The notes below the pieces were generated by a model. It made no database searches. It was not told where the DNA came from and was given only the letters and a program-made list of their open reading frames with translations. Positions 18,014 to 26,408 of a stretch of DNA of 32,000 bases are shown in pieces; positions within the stretch are counted from its first letter, which is position 1; the number at the start of each line of letters is the position of its first letter. Source of the DNA: Candidatus Zhuqueibacterota bacterium (GTDB lineage: Bacteria > Zhuqueibacterota > Zhuqueibacteria > Zhuqueibacterales > Geothermadaptataceae); NCBI GenBank assembly GCA_030950365.1, contig JAUZRQ010000027.1:85293-117292 (forward strand). The letters are read 5' to 3'. The position numbers were made by a program, and so were the translations under genes.

Positions 18014-20332
18014 TCAATCCACAGTCTTGCTATCACCCTGGCGAAATTCCAGTAGCCGAAGGGCCGCTTCCTTGCCGTGCTCGCCCACTTCCAGCACCGG
18101 ACCGACGCAGCTCGGACAGCCGGTCTCACATCGGCAATGGCGGATGACATCCGCAGCAGCTTTCAACAAATCATCGTGGCAGTCAAACAGTTTCTGTGAA
18201 AAACCCACGCCTCCAGGATAGCGTTCGTAAATGTACACCGTAGGCAGATCTGCAAACGGGCTGCGGACCATAGGCAGGGTGATGATGTCGCCCGGATCGG
18301 CCATGATGAAAATGGGCGCGACGTGGCCGAGCACATTGGCCGCGGCCTTGAGCGCATCGCCCAGCTCATCCTGCGAAAGCTGTAACACTTCACGGATGTC
18401 CGCATCCAGCTCCCACCAGTAAGCCGACGTCTGCAGCTCCATTTCGGGAAGTTCAATGGGGCCCCAACCGATGTTTTCATGCGTGCGGAATCGGATTTTC
18501 TTGTACATGGTCGGAACGGTGGTGACGCTGACCTCGCCATGTGCCTTGCCCCCCCCCGGAACATCTTCATGCTGAAACACATCCAGCACTTTCAGGCTGG
18601 ACTTGATCTGGGCGTCGGTGTAATAGTCGGATTCTACGCGGTGCACATAGGCCTTTTTTCGTAGCCAGTCCAACCGATCCACGTGATACGTTTCAGTACC
18701 GTGCATGTAGATGGCATCCTGATGCACATAGAGGGGAGCGCTGGCCAGATCGATCTCGCCGATGACCCGTTCTTCGCCTGTACGATCAATGATGACCACG
18801 TTTTCGGTGCTGGCGCTGCGCAGGGATACCGCCTCGGCGGGGTAGGTCTCGGCCATCCAGTGCCATTTGCCATCGGCGAAGTGCAGCACGCCTTTTTCCT
18901 CCAGGTATTCGAGAATTTCCTGAGTGGCATCCACGACGAAATCACCGTAGCCGAATTTTTCATTTTCTACAAATGGCAGTTCGAACGCGGCGCATTTGAT
19001 GTGGCTCATCATGATCAGCAGATTGTTGGGGTCAATCATGGCCGATTCCGGAGCCCGTCCGAAAAAGAAATCCGGATGGTTGATGATGTACTGATCCAGC
19101 GGTGAAGAGGAGGCCACCAGCACGGCGACCGAAGTTTCGGTCTTGCGCCCTGCGCGGCCTGCCTGCTGCCAGGCACTGGCGATGGTGCCCGGGTAGCCGC
19201 TCAGCACGCACGCCTGCAACTGCCCGATGTCGATGCCCAGTTCCAAGGCGTTGGTGCTGACCACCCCCAGTAGTTCTCCGGCTCGCAATCCCTTTTCGAT
19301 TTCCCGGCGCTCGCCGGGCAAATAACCGCCGCGGTAGCCCTTGACGCGGCCCCGCAGTTTTGCATTGCGACGCACGGCCTCCTGCAGATATTTGCTCAGC
19401 AGCTCCACGCGGTTGCGCGAACGTGCAAAAACGATGGTTTGTACGCCTGCATTCAGAAAGCGCTGGGCAATTTTCTGGCTTTCCTTGACGCTGCTGGCAC
19501 GGATGCCCAGTTCCATATTCACCACAGGCGGGTTATAGAAAATGAAGTGTTTCTCGCCGCGTGGCGCGCCGTTGTCATCCACCAGTTCGACCGGCGCTTC
19601 GATCAGTTTTTCAGCCAGCTCTCTGGGATTGGCCACCGTGGCGCTGCAGCAGATGAACTGCGGCTTGCTGCCGTAAAAATCGCACACGCGCCGCAAACGC
19701 CGTAGGACGTTAGCCAGATGGCTGCCGAACACCCCGCGGTAATGGTGTATTTCGTCGATGACGATGTAATTCAGGTTCTCGAATAGTTTGATCCAGAGCG
19801 TGTGGTGAGGAAGAATGCCCTGATGCAGCATATCCGGATTGGTGACCACGATGTGTCCGACGGTGCGGATGGCTTTGCGCGCGGACTGTGGCGTGTCGCC
19901 GTCGAAGGTGAAGACCTTGATGTCGCAGCCCATGTCCGTTACAATTTCGTGCACCTCGTGCATCTGGTCCTGCGACAGTGCTTTGGTTGGGAACAGATAC
20001 AGCGCGCGGCTTTCGGGTTGCGTTAGAATGCGGTTGAGCACCGGGATGTTGTAACACAGGGTTTTGCCAGACGCGGTGGGGGTGACCACTACCACGTTTT
20101 TGCCGGACAGCGTGTGCTCGATGGCCTGCGACTGATGCGAATAGAGCTGCCGGATGCCGCGTTTTTCCAGCGCCTGCCGCAGCTCCGGCTGCATGTTGGC
20201 GGGAAACGGGCCATAGCGTGCGGGCCGAGCCGCCATGTGCTCCCAGTGTGTAACATTTCGCATAAACGCCGGATCGCGGCGCAGCGCATCGAGAATATCG
20301 GGCAATTCGATGTTGGGTTTCAGAACGGACAT
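18014..20332 (-). CDS. DEAD/DEAH-box helicase with C-terminal DUF1998-type Cys4 domain (YprA/MrfA-like DNA-repair helicase)
   Basis: Motif I 'TPTASGKTLCYN', motif II 'VIDEIHHYRG', motif VI 'QQAGRAGR', C-terminal 'CRCETGCPSCV'. The likely start is 'MSVLKPN' at 20332 rather than the tracked 20383. Confidence 0.88.
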   Translation of the reverse strand: MSVLKPNIELPDILDALRRDPAFMRNVTHWEHMAARPARYGPFPANMQPELRQALEKRGIRQLYSHQSQAIEHTLSGKNVVVVTPTASGKTLCYNIPVLNRILTQPESRALYLFPTKALSQDQMHEVHEIVTDMGCDIKVFTFDGDTPQSARKAIRTVGHIVVTNPDMLHQGILPHHTLWIKLFENLNYIVIDEIHHYRGVFGSHLANVLRRLRRVCDFYGSKPQFICCSATVANPRELAEKLIEAPVELVDDNGAPRGEKHFIFYNPPVVNMELGIRASSVKESQKIAQRFLNAGVQTIVFARSRNRVELLSKYLQEAVRRNAKLRGRVKGYRGGYLPGERREIEKGLRAGELLGVVSTNALELGIDIGQLQACVLSGYPGTIASAWQQAGRAGRKTETSVAVLVASSSPLDQYIINHPDFFFGRAPESAMIDPNNLLIMMSHIKCAAFELPFVENEKFGYGDFVVDATQEILEYLEEKGVLHFADGKWHWMAETYPAEAVSLRSASTENVVIIDRTGEERVIGEIDLASAPLYVHQDAIYMHGTETYHVDRLDWLRKKAYVHRVESDYYTDAQIKSSLKVLDVFQHEDVPGGGKAHGEVSVTTVPTMYKKIRFRTHENIGWGPIELPEMELQTSAYWWELDADIREVLQLSQDELGDALKAAANVLGHVAPIFIMADPGDIITLPMVRSPFADLPTVYIYERYPGGVGFSQKLFDCHDDLLKAAADVIRHCRCETGCPSCVGPVLEVGEHGKEAALRLLEFRQGDSKTVD

Positions 20333-20426
20333 GGGATTTCCTGTGCAGATTTTGTTGGCAAAATATAGCCAATCTACCTGCATGGGGCAAGGGGTAAGTT
20401 ACCTATTTGCAATTCGCCGCGATTCC

Positions 20427-20492
20427 CACAAGCTTGAAGCTTGTGCTACAGTGGCGCAAGCATCCATGCTTGCGTTGCGGCCGCAGGCCGCA
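20427..20492. repeat. Modular GC-rich hairpin repeat, copy 2 (module A 20427-20450, module B 20451-20492)
   Basis: Matches the reverse complement of copy 1 modules (22/24 and 41/42). Hairpins: cacaagc/gcttgtg, cgcaagcat/atgcttgcg, tgcggcc/ggccgca. Confidence 0.85.
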
Positions 20493-20766
20493 ATCGACAG
20501 GCGGCACATCGACGTCAAAGCCCCAGTTCAGGGGGGATGAACAGTGCATGGACAGTAGCAGAAGCCATGTTAGATCTTGACTCCCACAATCTGGAATCTT
20601 ATGTGAGCTTTATAAATTCGCTATCAAGAAAACTCACAAATTAGCCGATCAGTTTGTTGTGATATCCACTATGAGCATGAAAAAACCTTGAGCAAACCAT
20701 ACTGGCTCAGAATGATGAGTCTGGCTGAAAACGCAAACCACAACTCACCGGAAGCAAGGGAATAGT

Positions 20767-22590
20767 ATGCAATTTGGGTTCAGGACGACGGCACGACACC
20801 TCTTCATCCCCGTATTGACTTTCGCGCTCAGCTTGCCATTTGCCGGGCTCAGCCAGGAAATGGCTCAGCTTAGCCGTATCGAAGAGCTGGAAAAGTCCAT
20901 GGAGGCGAACCTCACCTGGAATTTGGAAAACGCTCTCCTGATGTATTACCCCGAAAACAAATTCGTCGTCAAAGCCAATGTGGAGCTCGTGCCCGTCAAA
21001 GTACAAAACGAGCTGCCGAAGCTGCCGGAAGCGCTGTTGAATCGCGAAGTCAACCATTTGCCGGGGCTCCCGTTTCTTCCGGACGCCAATACGCCGCAGA
21101 GCGCCAACCCCGAGGTGCAGTCCTCGCTGGCGCGCCAGGTAAAAGAACAGCGGTTGGCCCTGAAGCGAGCCTGGGTGAACGTGCTGCTGGATGAAAATTT
21201 CACCGACAGCGATGTGCGCTTCATCCGCCGGCTGGTAGCGCTGACTGCAGATCTCGATCCGCGGCGCGGCGATCAGGTCAAAGTGGAACGGATGGCCTTT
21301 CCGCTGCAGGAAGTACCTGTGGAAGAGCGGACTCTGGCGGAGGAGCCTTCCGTGAAACCCGAAACCACACCGACCAATGCTAAAGCTTCATCCTCGTGGC
21401 TGCCCTGGGCGATTTTGGCCGGCGCATTGCTCCTGTTTTTGCTCCTGTTTGTGTGGAGCATGCGCAAGCTCGTCAGAGCACTGAGCGATGGCTTGAGACC
21501 GCTGCAGCATTTGCATATGCCGCATCCCGCGGTGAAGCCGACTTCAGCAGCAGCCGCCGAAGTCGTGCAGCAGTTCAAAGAAGAGAAGCAGGATGAACAG
21601 GTGCAAAAACTCAAGTCCGAGGTTATCGATGCCATAGTCGGCACACCGGCCATGGCCGCCCGGCTGTTTCAAACCTGGATTCAACACCACGGGGATCGCG
21701 GCTATGAAGAGGTGGCACTCCTCATGCTGGCCACCTCGCGATCGCTGATCGACCTGCTGGCGCCGTATCTAGGACCGGAGGCCGCCGGCAACGTACAGTT
21801 GAAAATGGATCAGCTGACGCAGGAGCAGCTCGAACAGCAGCAGGAGGCCGTGCTGGAGCGCTTTGATCGCGAGCTGCGCCATTACGCCCTGCGCGTGCGC
21901 GCCAGGCAGGAGGAGGAAGACGCGCTGGCCTTCCTCTACAAAATGTCCGACGATCAGTTGTTGCACCTGATCAAGCCGCTGAAAAAAGGCATCAAAGCGA
22001 TTGTGCTGGCACAGTTGCGGCCCGAGAAGGCAGCCAAAATACTGCGCACCTTCGATGCGGAGACCCGCCGCGGCGTTCTGGCCGCGATGGGCAATATTCA
22101 AAACATCCCGGCGGATGTGTACCAGCACATCGCGCGGCAACTGGCCGGCCGGGCGCAGAAACTGGAGCACATGCGCTTCGTGAAGGCCGATGGCGTCGAA
22201 GCCCTCGTCGAGGTGCTGGATCAGCTCGATGAACAGACGCAAATCGATACGCTGCAGCATCTGCAAACGCAGGATGTGGAGTTGGCCAAACGCGTGCGTT
22301 CGCGCTTTCTCACCTTTGACGATCTGCTGGATATGCCGGAAGACAAACTGCGCGATCTGGCCATTCAGGTGGACCGCGAACTTCTGGCCAAGTCCCTGAC
22401 TACTGTGGACGAGGCCGCGGCCGAAAAGATCATTCGGGCGCTGCCCGAGAAACTGGCCGAAATGGTGCGCGCCAGCCTCGAAACCCTGCATGATGTACCC
22501 GAGGCTGAGGTTGTGCAGGCACGCCGCGAATTGCTGCGCACCGCACGCGATCTGTTTCAAAAAAGCGAAACCAATCTGAAAGATGAGTAG
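20767..22590 (+). CDS. FliF-like ring-building periplasmic domain + TM + full-length FliG-like cytoplasmic domain (fusion-type rotor protein)
   Basis: 607 aa. N-terminal signal/TM segment. aa 35-180 show an alpha-beta-beta-alpha-beta ring-building-motif pattern as in FliF/SctJ. TM at aa 211-230. aa 310-600 align by eye to FliG N, M and C domains ('RPEKAAKILRTFDAETRRGVLAAM', 'FLTFDDLLDMPEDKLRDL', 'EKLAEMVRASLE...VPEAEVVQARRELL'). Confidence 0.7.
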   Translation: MQFGFRTTARHLFIPVLTFALSLPFAGLSQEMAQLSRIEELEKSMEANLTWNLENALLMYYPENKFVVKANVELVPVKVQNELPKLPEALLNREVNHLPGLPFLPDANTPQSANPEVQSSLARQVKEQRLALKRAWVNVLLDENFTDSDVRFIRRLVALTADLDPRRGDQVKVERMAFPLQEVPVEERTLAEEPSVKPETTPTNAKASSSWLPWAILAGALLLFLLLFVWSMRKLVRALSDGLRPLQHLHMPHPAVKPTSAAAAEVVQQFKEEKQDEQVQKLKSEVIDAIVGTPAMAARLFQTWIQHHGDRGYEEVALLMLATSRSLIDLLAPYLGPEAAGNVQLKMDQLTQEQLEQQQEAVLERFDRELRHYALRVRARQEEEDALAFLYKMSDDQLLHLIKPLKKGIKAIVLAQLRPEKAAKILRTFDAETRRGVLAAMGNIQNIPADVYQHIARQLAGRAQKLEHMRFVKADGVEALVEVLDQLDEQTQIDTLQHLQTQDVELAKRVRSRFLTFDDLLDMPEDKLRDLAIQVDRELLAKSLTTVDEAAAEKIIRALPEKLAEMVRASLETLHDVPEAEVVQARRELLRTARDLFQKSETNLKDE

Positions 22591-22593
22591 GCG

Positions 22594-23733
22594 ATGGCGA
22601 AAATGAAAGCAAAATGGACGTGGCCGTTCATCGGCCTCTGGCTGGTATTTGGGACGTTTGCCGTGCGGGGGCAAACGCCCGAGCAATTGGACCGAAATGC
22701 CGTGATACTCGGGCTGATGGAAGACCTGCTGGAAAAAGTGCAACCCGCCATTCAGGCAATCGATCCGGAACTAAAGCGCATTGCGCTGTACCGGCTCACG
22801 GTGCAGGGCAGGGGTTTGACACCACCGCTGCGGGATCACTTCGAAAACCGGCTGATTGAAACCCTGCAAACCCTGGATCATCCCCGTGTGGTGTCGCTGC
22901 CCAAATTCAACAACCTGCGTATCACCTCGACCGACAGCTCGTTCATGATCATCAACGCGCTACCGACCCCGGATGAGCTCTGGCGGGTGGGCCGGCGGTT
23001 GCGCGTGGATGCCTTTTTGGAAGGCAAACTGTCCTATCTGCCCGGCAACGGCCTGATTCTCGACTTGCGCCTCAACCGTACCGGGACGAATGAAGTGCTA
23101 TGGGCGGAATCGTTCGAGGCCTATGAGAAGCCGCTCGAGCCGCTACCCAAAAATCCGTTCCAGGTCAGCTTCAACATGGGCGTGGAAACCTTCCCGGTGG
23201 ATATCGACAAGGCCTCGCGTTCATTGCTGCGGCAGGATTTTCAGGATCAAATTTATCATTACAGCTTTTACCTTGGTTTTCGCCAGAACCTGTGGGAAGC
23301 CTCGAAATTCCGGTATGAATTTCAGGTCGGGGCCTCGTTGCTTTCCGAGGGCATTAAACTGGATAGCACCTACTTTGAAGAGGATGCGTTCTACGGTCAA
23401 AAAAGCGACAAAGCTTCCTCATTGCCCATCGCTTATTTCATCCGGTCGCTGTTAGCGATCAAACTGATTGAAAATGAGGGCAATGTTGGCGGCGATTGGC
23501 TGTCGCTGACCCTCGGTTTCGCACGCTATTTCGCCAAAAACATGCCCGATTTCAACACGATTTCTATCGGGTTACGGTCGGATATCAGTCCGCATTTTTC
23601 GCTGTCCTCGGGGTTCTCGCTGGCGTTCGGCCAGGAGTTCGAATCGGTGCCGGTTTCATCGACCGGCCAGCCTATTCGGATCAAAATTTCCGGCATTTCC
23701 ATGAACATCTTTTTCTTGCAATACACGTTCTAA
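22594..23733 (+). CDS. Secreted protein: periplasmic alpha/beta domain (CsgG/LpoB/FlgO-like pattern) plus putative C-terminal outer-membrane beta-barrel
   Basis: 379 aa. Signal peptide 'WPFIGLWLVFGTFAVRGQ'. Pattern 'RIALYRL...VGRRLRVDAFLEGKLSYL...LILDLRLNRTGTNEVLWAESF'. The C-terminal half has alternating hydrophobic strands and ends '...FFLQYTF' (terminal Phe, OMP signature). Confidence 0.6.
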   Translation: MAKMKAKWTWPFIGLWLVFGTFAVRGQTPEQLDRNAVILGLMEDLLEKVQPAIQAIDPELKRIALYRLTVQGRGLTPPLRDHFENRLIETLQTLDHPRVVSLPKFNNLRITSTDSSFMIINALPTPDELWRVGRRLRVDAFLEGKLSYLPGNGLILDLRLNRTGTNEVLWAESFEAYEKPLEPLPKNPFQVSFNMGVETFPVDIDKASRSLLRQDFQDQIYHYSFYLGFRQNLWEASKFRYEFQVGASLLSEGIKLDSTYFEEDAFYGQKSDKASSLPIAYFIRSLLAIKLIENEGNVGGDWLSLTLGFARYFAKNMPDFNTISIGLRSDISPHFSLSSGFSLAFGQEFESVPVSSTGQPIRIKISGISMNIFFLQYTF

Positions 23734-24467
23734 TGCCTAATGCAATGACCATGACTCAACTCAGTGAAAGAGCGATGATGAGACGATCCATTTCCAAAAG
23801 CCGTTTTCTCGCAGGCATTGTAGCTGGCGCTGTGCTGGCCGGCATGGGCTGCAGCAGCAGCGCTAGAAAGGAGATTCGCAAGGAGCCGGGCACGCTGCTA
23901 CCGGCGTTGACGATAACCGACTCCCTGAAAGCCAAAGGCGGCGAGGTGGTAACTCAGCTCAAGGGCAAAGATGAATCGTTCAAAAAGGTCATCACCTATC
24001 CGTATCTGACGATCCGCTTTAAGCAGGAAGATACCGAGGTAGAGATGGTCCTCGACCCTATGAGCACGAACCTGGTGCTGGATTTGAAACGGTCCTCCAG
24101 ATGGGAATGGGAAGTGCTCGAGGGCGATTCGGCGCTGACGCGCAACCGCATGCCGACACCGCCCGACAGCCTGAACGATAAAATTTACCCCCTCAAAGAC
24201 GAATCCCTACAGGACCTGACCGATGAGATCGTACGCGATATCAACCTGGCGCAGCAACTGTTTTATCAGCGGCGCTACGAGGAAGCGTTGCGCATCTTGA
24301 ACCAATCGCTGCAAAAAAAGCCCACGGCAGCGGCTTATGCGCTGGGCGGTTCGATTTATTTTGTCAATGGCGATATTGACCAGGCGGTTCGTGCCTGGGA
24401 AAACGCGTTGAAAATCGATCCCGGTCTGGATGATGTGAAACGACTGGTGGCCCGTTACAAAAAATAG
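23733..24467 (+). CDS. TPR-repeat lipoprotein
   Basis: The TAATG start overlaps the previous stop; alternative starts at 23775/23778 give the signal 'MMRRSISKSRFLAGIVAGAVLAGMGC' with a lipobox Cys. C-terminal TPR region 'YQRRYEEALRILNQSLQKKPTAAAYALGGSIYFVNGDIDQAVRAWENALKIDP'. The tracked ORF start at 23496 overlaps the upstream gene and is rejected. Confidence 0.7.
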   Translation: MPNAMTMTQLSERAMMRRSISKSRFLAGIVAGAVLAGMGCSSSARKEIRKEPGTLLPALTITDSLKAKGGEVVTQLKGKDESFKKVITYPYLTIRFKQEDTEVEMVLDPMSTNLVLDLKRSSRWEWEVLEGDSALTRNRMPTPPDSLNDKIYPLKDESLQDLTDEIVRDINLAQQLFYQRRYEEALRILNQSLQKKPTAAAYALGGSIYFVNGDIDQAVRAWENALKIDPGLDDVKRLVARYKK

Positions 24468-24482
24468 CAGTGAGGTGAATCG

Positions 24483-25301
24483 GTGGGTACGTTTATCGGC
24501 ATATTACTGGGTGCGGCGTTGATTGCCATTGGCATTGCCTCGGGACAGGCGCCGGCGAATGTTTTCTGGAATTGGCAGGGCATGGCCATTGTATTGGGGG
24601 GCACCATCGCCTCCACGCTCATTTCCTATCCGTTGCCCGAAGTGTTTCGCGGATTTCGTTCCTTCTTCGTGATTTTCCGTTCCGGTGCGCACAATCTCGT
24701 GGATGCGGTGAATCGGCTGGTCTCGGCGACTCGTATTTTTCACCGCGAAGGCGTCGCCGCGACGGCACAGCATGCCGCTGGCTGGAAAGATTTGTGGATA
24801 TTCAAAGACGGTTTGCAACTTATGATCAATGGCTATACGCGCGAAGAAACGAAAGAAATTTTAGAAGACCAGGTGCGCTGGCAGCTCAGCCGCGAGCACA
24901 AGCAGGAAGGCCTGTTCAACCGCATGGCGAAAATTGCGCCGGCGTTTGGTATGGTGGGCACCCTCATCGGGCTCATCAATATGCTGATCACGCTTCAGGC
25001 GCATCCGCAGCAGGTGGGAGAGGGGCTGGCCATTGCGCTTACCACCACATTCTACGGCCTGATTCTCGCCAATCTGCTGTTTTCGCCGATCGCAGCGAAA
25101 ATCCGCGAGCGGGCGGAAAACAATGTGTTGCTGCAGACCATGCAGATTGAAACGATTTTGATGATGTACGAAAAGCGCAATTATGTGTTTGTGCGTGAAA
25201 AGCTGGCGGCGTATTTAAATGCCGGACTGAGAAAGAAAGTTCAGCAAACGGCTGGTGTTCAGGCCGTATCCGCACCCCCTAATGTTAAAAAGGCAGCGTG
25301 A
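24483..25301 (+). CDS. motA: MotA/PomA-type stator channel protein (MotA/TolQ/ExbB family)
   Basis: 272 aa, four TM segments with a long TM2-TM3 cytoplasmic loop. 'IAPAFGMVGTLIGLI' and 'ALTTTFYGLILANLLFSPIA' match the MotA TM3/TM4 signatures. Confidence 0.85.
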   Translation: MGTFIGILLGAALIAIGIASGQAPANVFWNWQGMAIVLGGTIASTLISYPLPEVFRGFRSFFVIFRSGAHNLVDAVNRLVSATRIFHREGVAATAQHAAGWKDLWIFKDGLQLMINGYTREETKEILEDQVRWQLSREHKQEGLFNRMAKIAPAFGMVGTLIGLINMLITLQAHPQQVGEGLAIALTTTFYGLILANLLFSPIAAKIRERAENNVLLQTMQIETILMMYEKRNYVFVREKLAAYLNAGLRKKVQQTAGVQAVSAPPNVKKAA

Positions 25302-25304
25302 TAA

Positions 25305-25946
25305 ATGGAAATCGGATTACCCAAATATCTTCGGCGGACCGAGCGCGAGGTGGAAAGCGAGCCCTGGTTGATGTCGTATTCCGACATGACCACCCTGCTG
25401 CTGGCGTTTTTCGTACTGTTTTTTGCCATCTCGCAGCTCGATCAGACCAAGTTCGAAATGATCATGGAGTATTTCAGCAAGACAGAAACCATGCCCCTGC
25501 ATCAGCTTGAGAAAAAATTCAAGCAGTTCATTGAAGAACATCGATTACAGGATAGTATGGAGGCGGAGCTAACACCGAAAGGTCTGTTGGTGCATTTTCA
25601 GGATAAAATTCTGTTCGATTCGGGCAAGGCCGAACTCAAGCCCGAAGCCTATCCAGTGCTCGATGCCCTGGCGCAACTGCTGCGTCAGCCCGAAGTGCAG
25701 CAACGCAAAATCGAGGTGGAAGGCCACACCGATACCGTGCCCATCAGCAAAAACGCCGATTATCCGTCGAACTGGGAACTGTCGGCGGCTCGCGCTACGC
25801 GCGTGATTCGCTACCTCATCGAGCAAAACATCGCTCCGAACCGGTTTGTGGCCGTGGGCTATGCGGATACGCGGCTGCGCGTTCCAGAGAGCGACGGCCA
25901 CCGCGGACTGCCGGTGAATCGCCGCGTGAGCTTGTTGATCAAGTAG
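25305..25946 (+). CDS. motB: MotB-type stator protein with OmpA-like peptidoglycan-binding domain
   Basis: 213 aa. 'WLMSYSDMTTLLLAFFVLFF' carries the conserved channel Asp. OmpA-like region 'FDSGKAEL...VEGHTDTVPI...NWELSAARATRV...NRRVSLLI'. Confidence 0.88.
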   Translation: MEIGLPKYLRRTEREVESEPWLMSYSDMTTLLLAFFVLFFAISQLDQTKFEMIMEYFSKTETMPLHQLEKKFKQFIEEHRLQDSMEAELTPKGLLVHFQDKILFDSGKAELKPEAYPVLDALAQLLRQPEVQQRKIEVEGHTDTVPISKNADYPSNWELSAARATRVIRYLIEQNIAPNRFVAVGYADTRLRVPESDGHRGLPVNRRVSLLIK

Positions 25947-26117
25947 GGCAAGCAGGATTTCCAATGAGCAGGCATGAGTCGCCCGGTCGCCGGAATGCGG
26001 CGCGTCCGGGAATGTTTGAACCGGGAAATCAACCGCTGATTTTAAAGCAAAAAGCGCAACCGTTGCCCGTAATGACAAATGGCTGCGCTTTGTATATGTT
26101 TAATCGATTCTGGCCGG

Positions 26118-26327
26118 CTATTTCAGCGTAATTTCGCCCCCTTCCGCCTTGAAGTCGATGCGTTTGTGGCTACCATCGCAGAATGGCTTGTTTGCGGAGG
26201 CCCCGCAGCGGCAAAACGCCACAGCCTTTTGATCGAGCGTTTCCTCCTGGCTTCCGCGCTTAAAAACATACGTACCGCTGGCCTCGAACAGAATCGGCCC
26301 ATTCTCCAACATCGTTAATTTTGCCAT
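26118..26327 (-). CDS. CDGSH iron-sulfur domain protein
   Basis: 69 aa containing 'CRCGASANKPFCDGSH', the CDGSH 2Fe-2S signature. Confidence 0.85.
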   Translation of the reverse strand: MAKLTMLENGPILFEASGTYVFKRGSQEETLDQKAVAFCRCGASANKPFCDGSHKRIDFKAEGGEITLK

Positions 26328-26408
26328 AGCTACCCTCCATTAGATGAATTATGGATAGAGAAATGATTTTTAAATACGCGTTAATTTTATCTTTTTAACG
26401 GCTGAAAT

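Noticed and set aside
18014-20332. The helicase with a DUF1998-type domain considered as a DISARM (DrmA/DrmB) defence component.
   Set aside because: Helicase and the Cys4 DUF1998 domain are fused in one roughly 770-aa protein, as in housekeeping YprA/MrfA repair helicases. No adjacent methyltransferase, PLD nuclease or SNF2 gene is present.
5527-20492. The two repeat copies considered as terminal repeats of a 15-kb mobile island.
   Set aside because: The interior encodes core metabolism (PFOR, TonB, Usp, repair helicase). There is no transposase or integrase. The module order is permuted rather than forming clean inverted or direct terminal repeats. No target-site duplication is visible.
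24483-25946. The MotA/MotB pair considered as Zorya ZorA/ZorB or as ExbB/ExbD-TolQ/TolR.
   Set aside because: The MotA-like protein is only 272 aa with no long C-terminal tail, and there are no ZorC/D-like genes. The partner has an OmpA-like peptidoglycan-binding domain and the MotB-type 'YSDMTTLLL' helix rather than the ExbD/TolR fold. The FliG-like gene in the same operon points to a rotor-stator relationship.
26052-26090. Possible bidirectional terminator hairpin between motB and the CDGSH gene (aagcgca ... tgcgctt).
   Set aside because: The stem is only 7 bp with a roughly 25-nt loop and weak flanking T/A runs, which is too weak to call.
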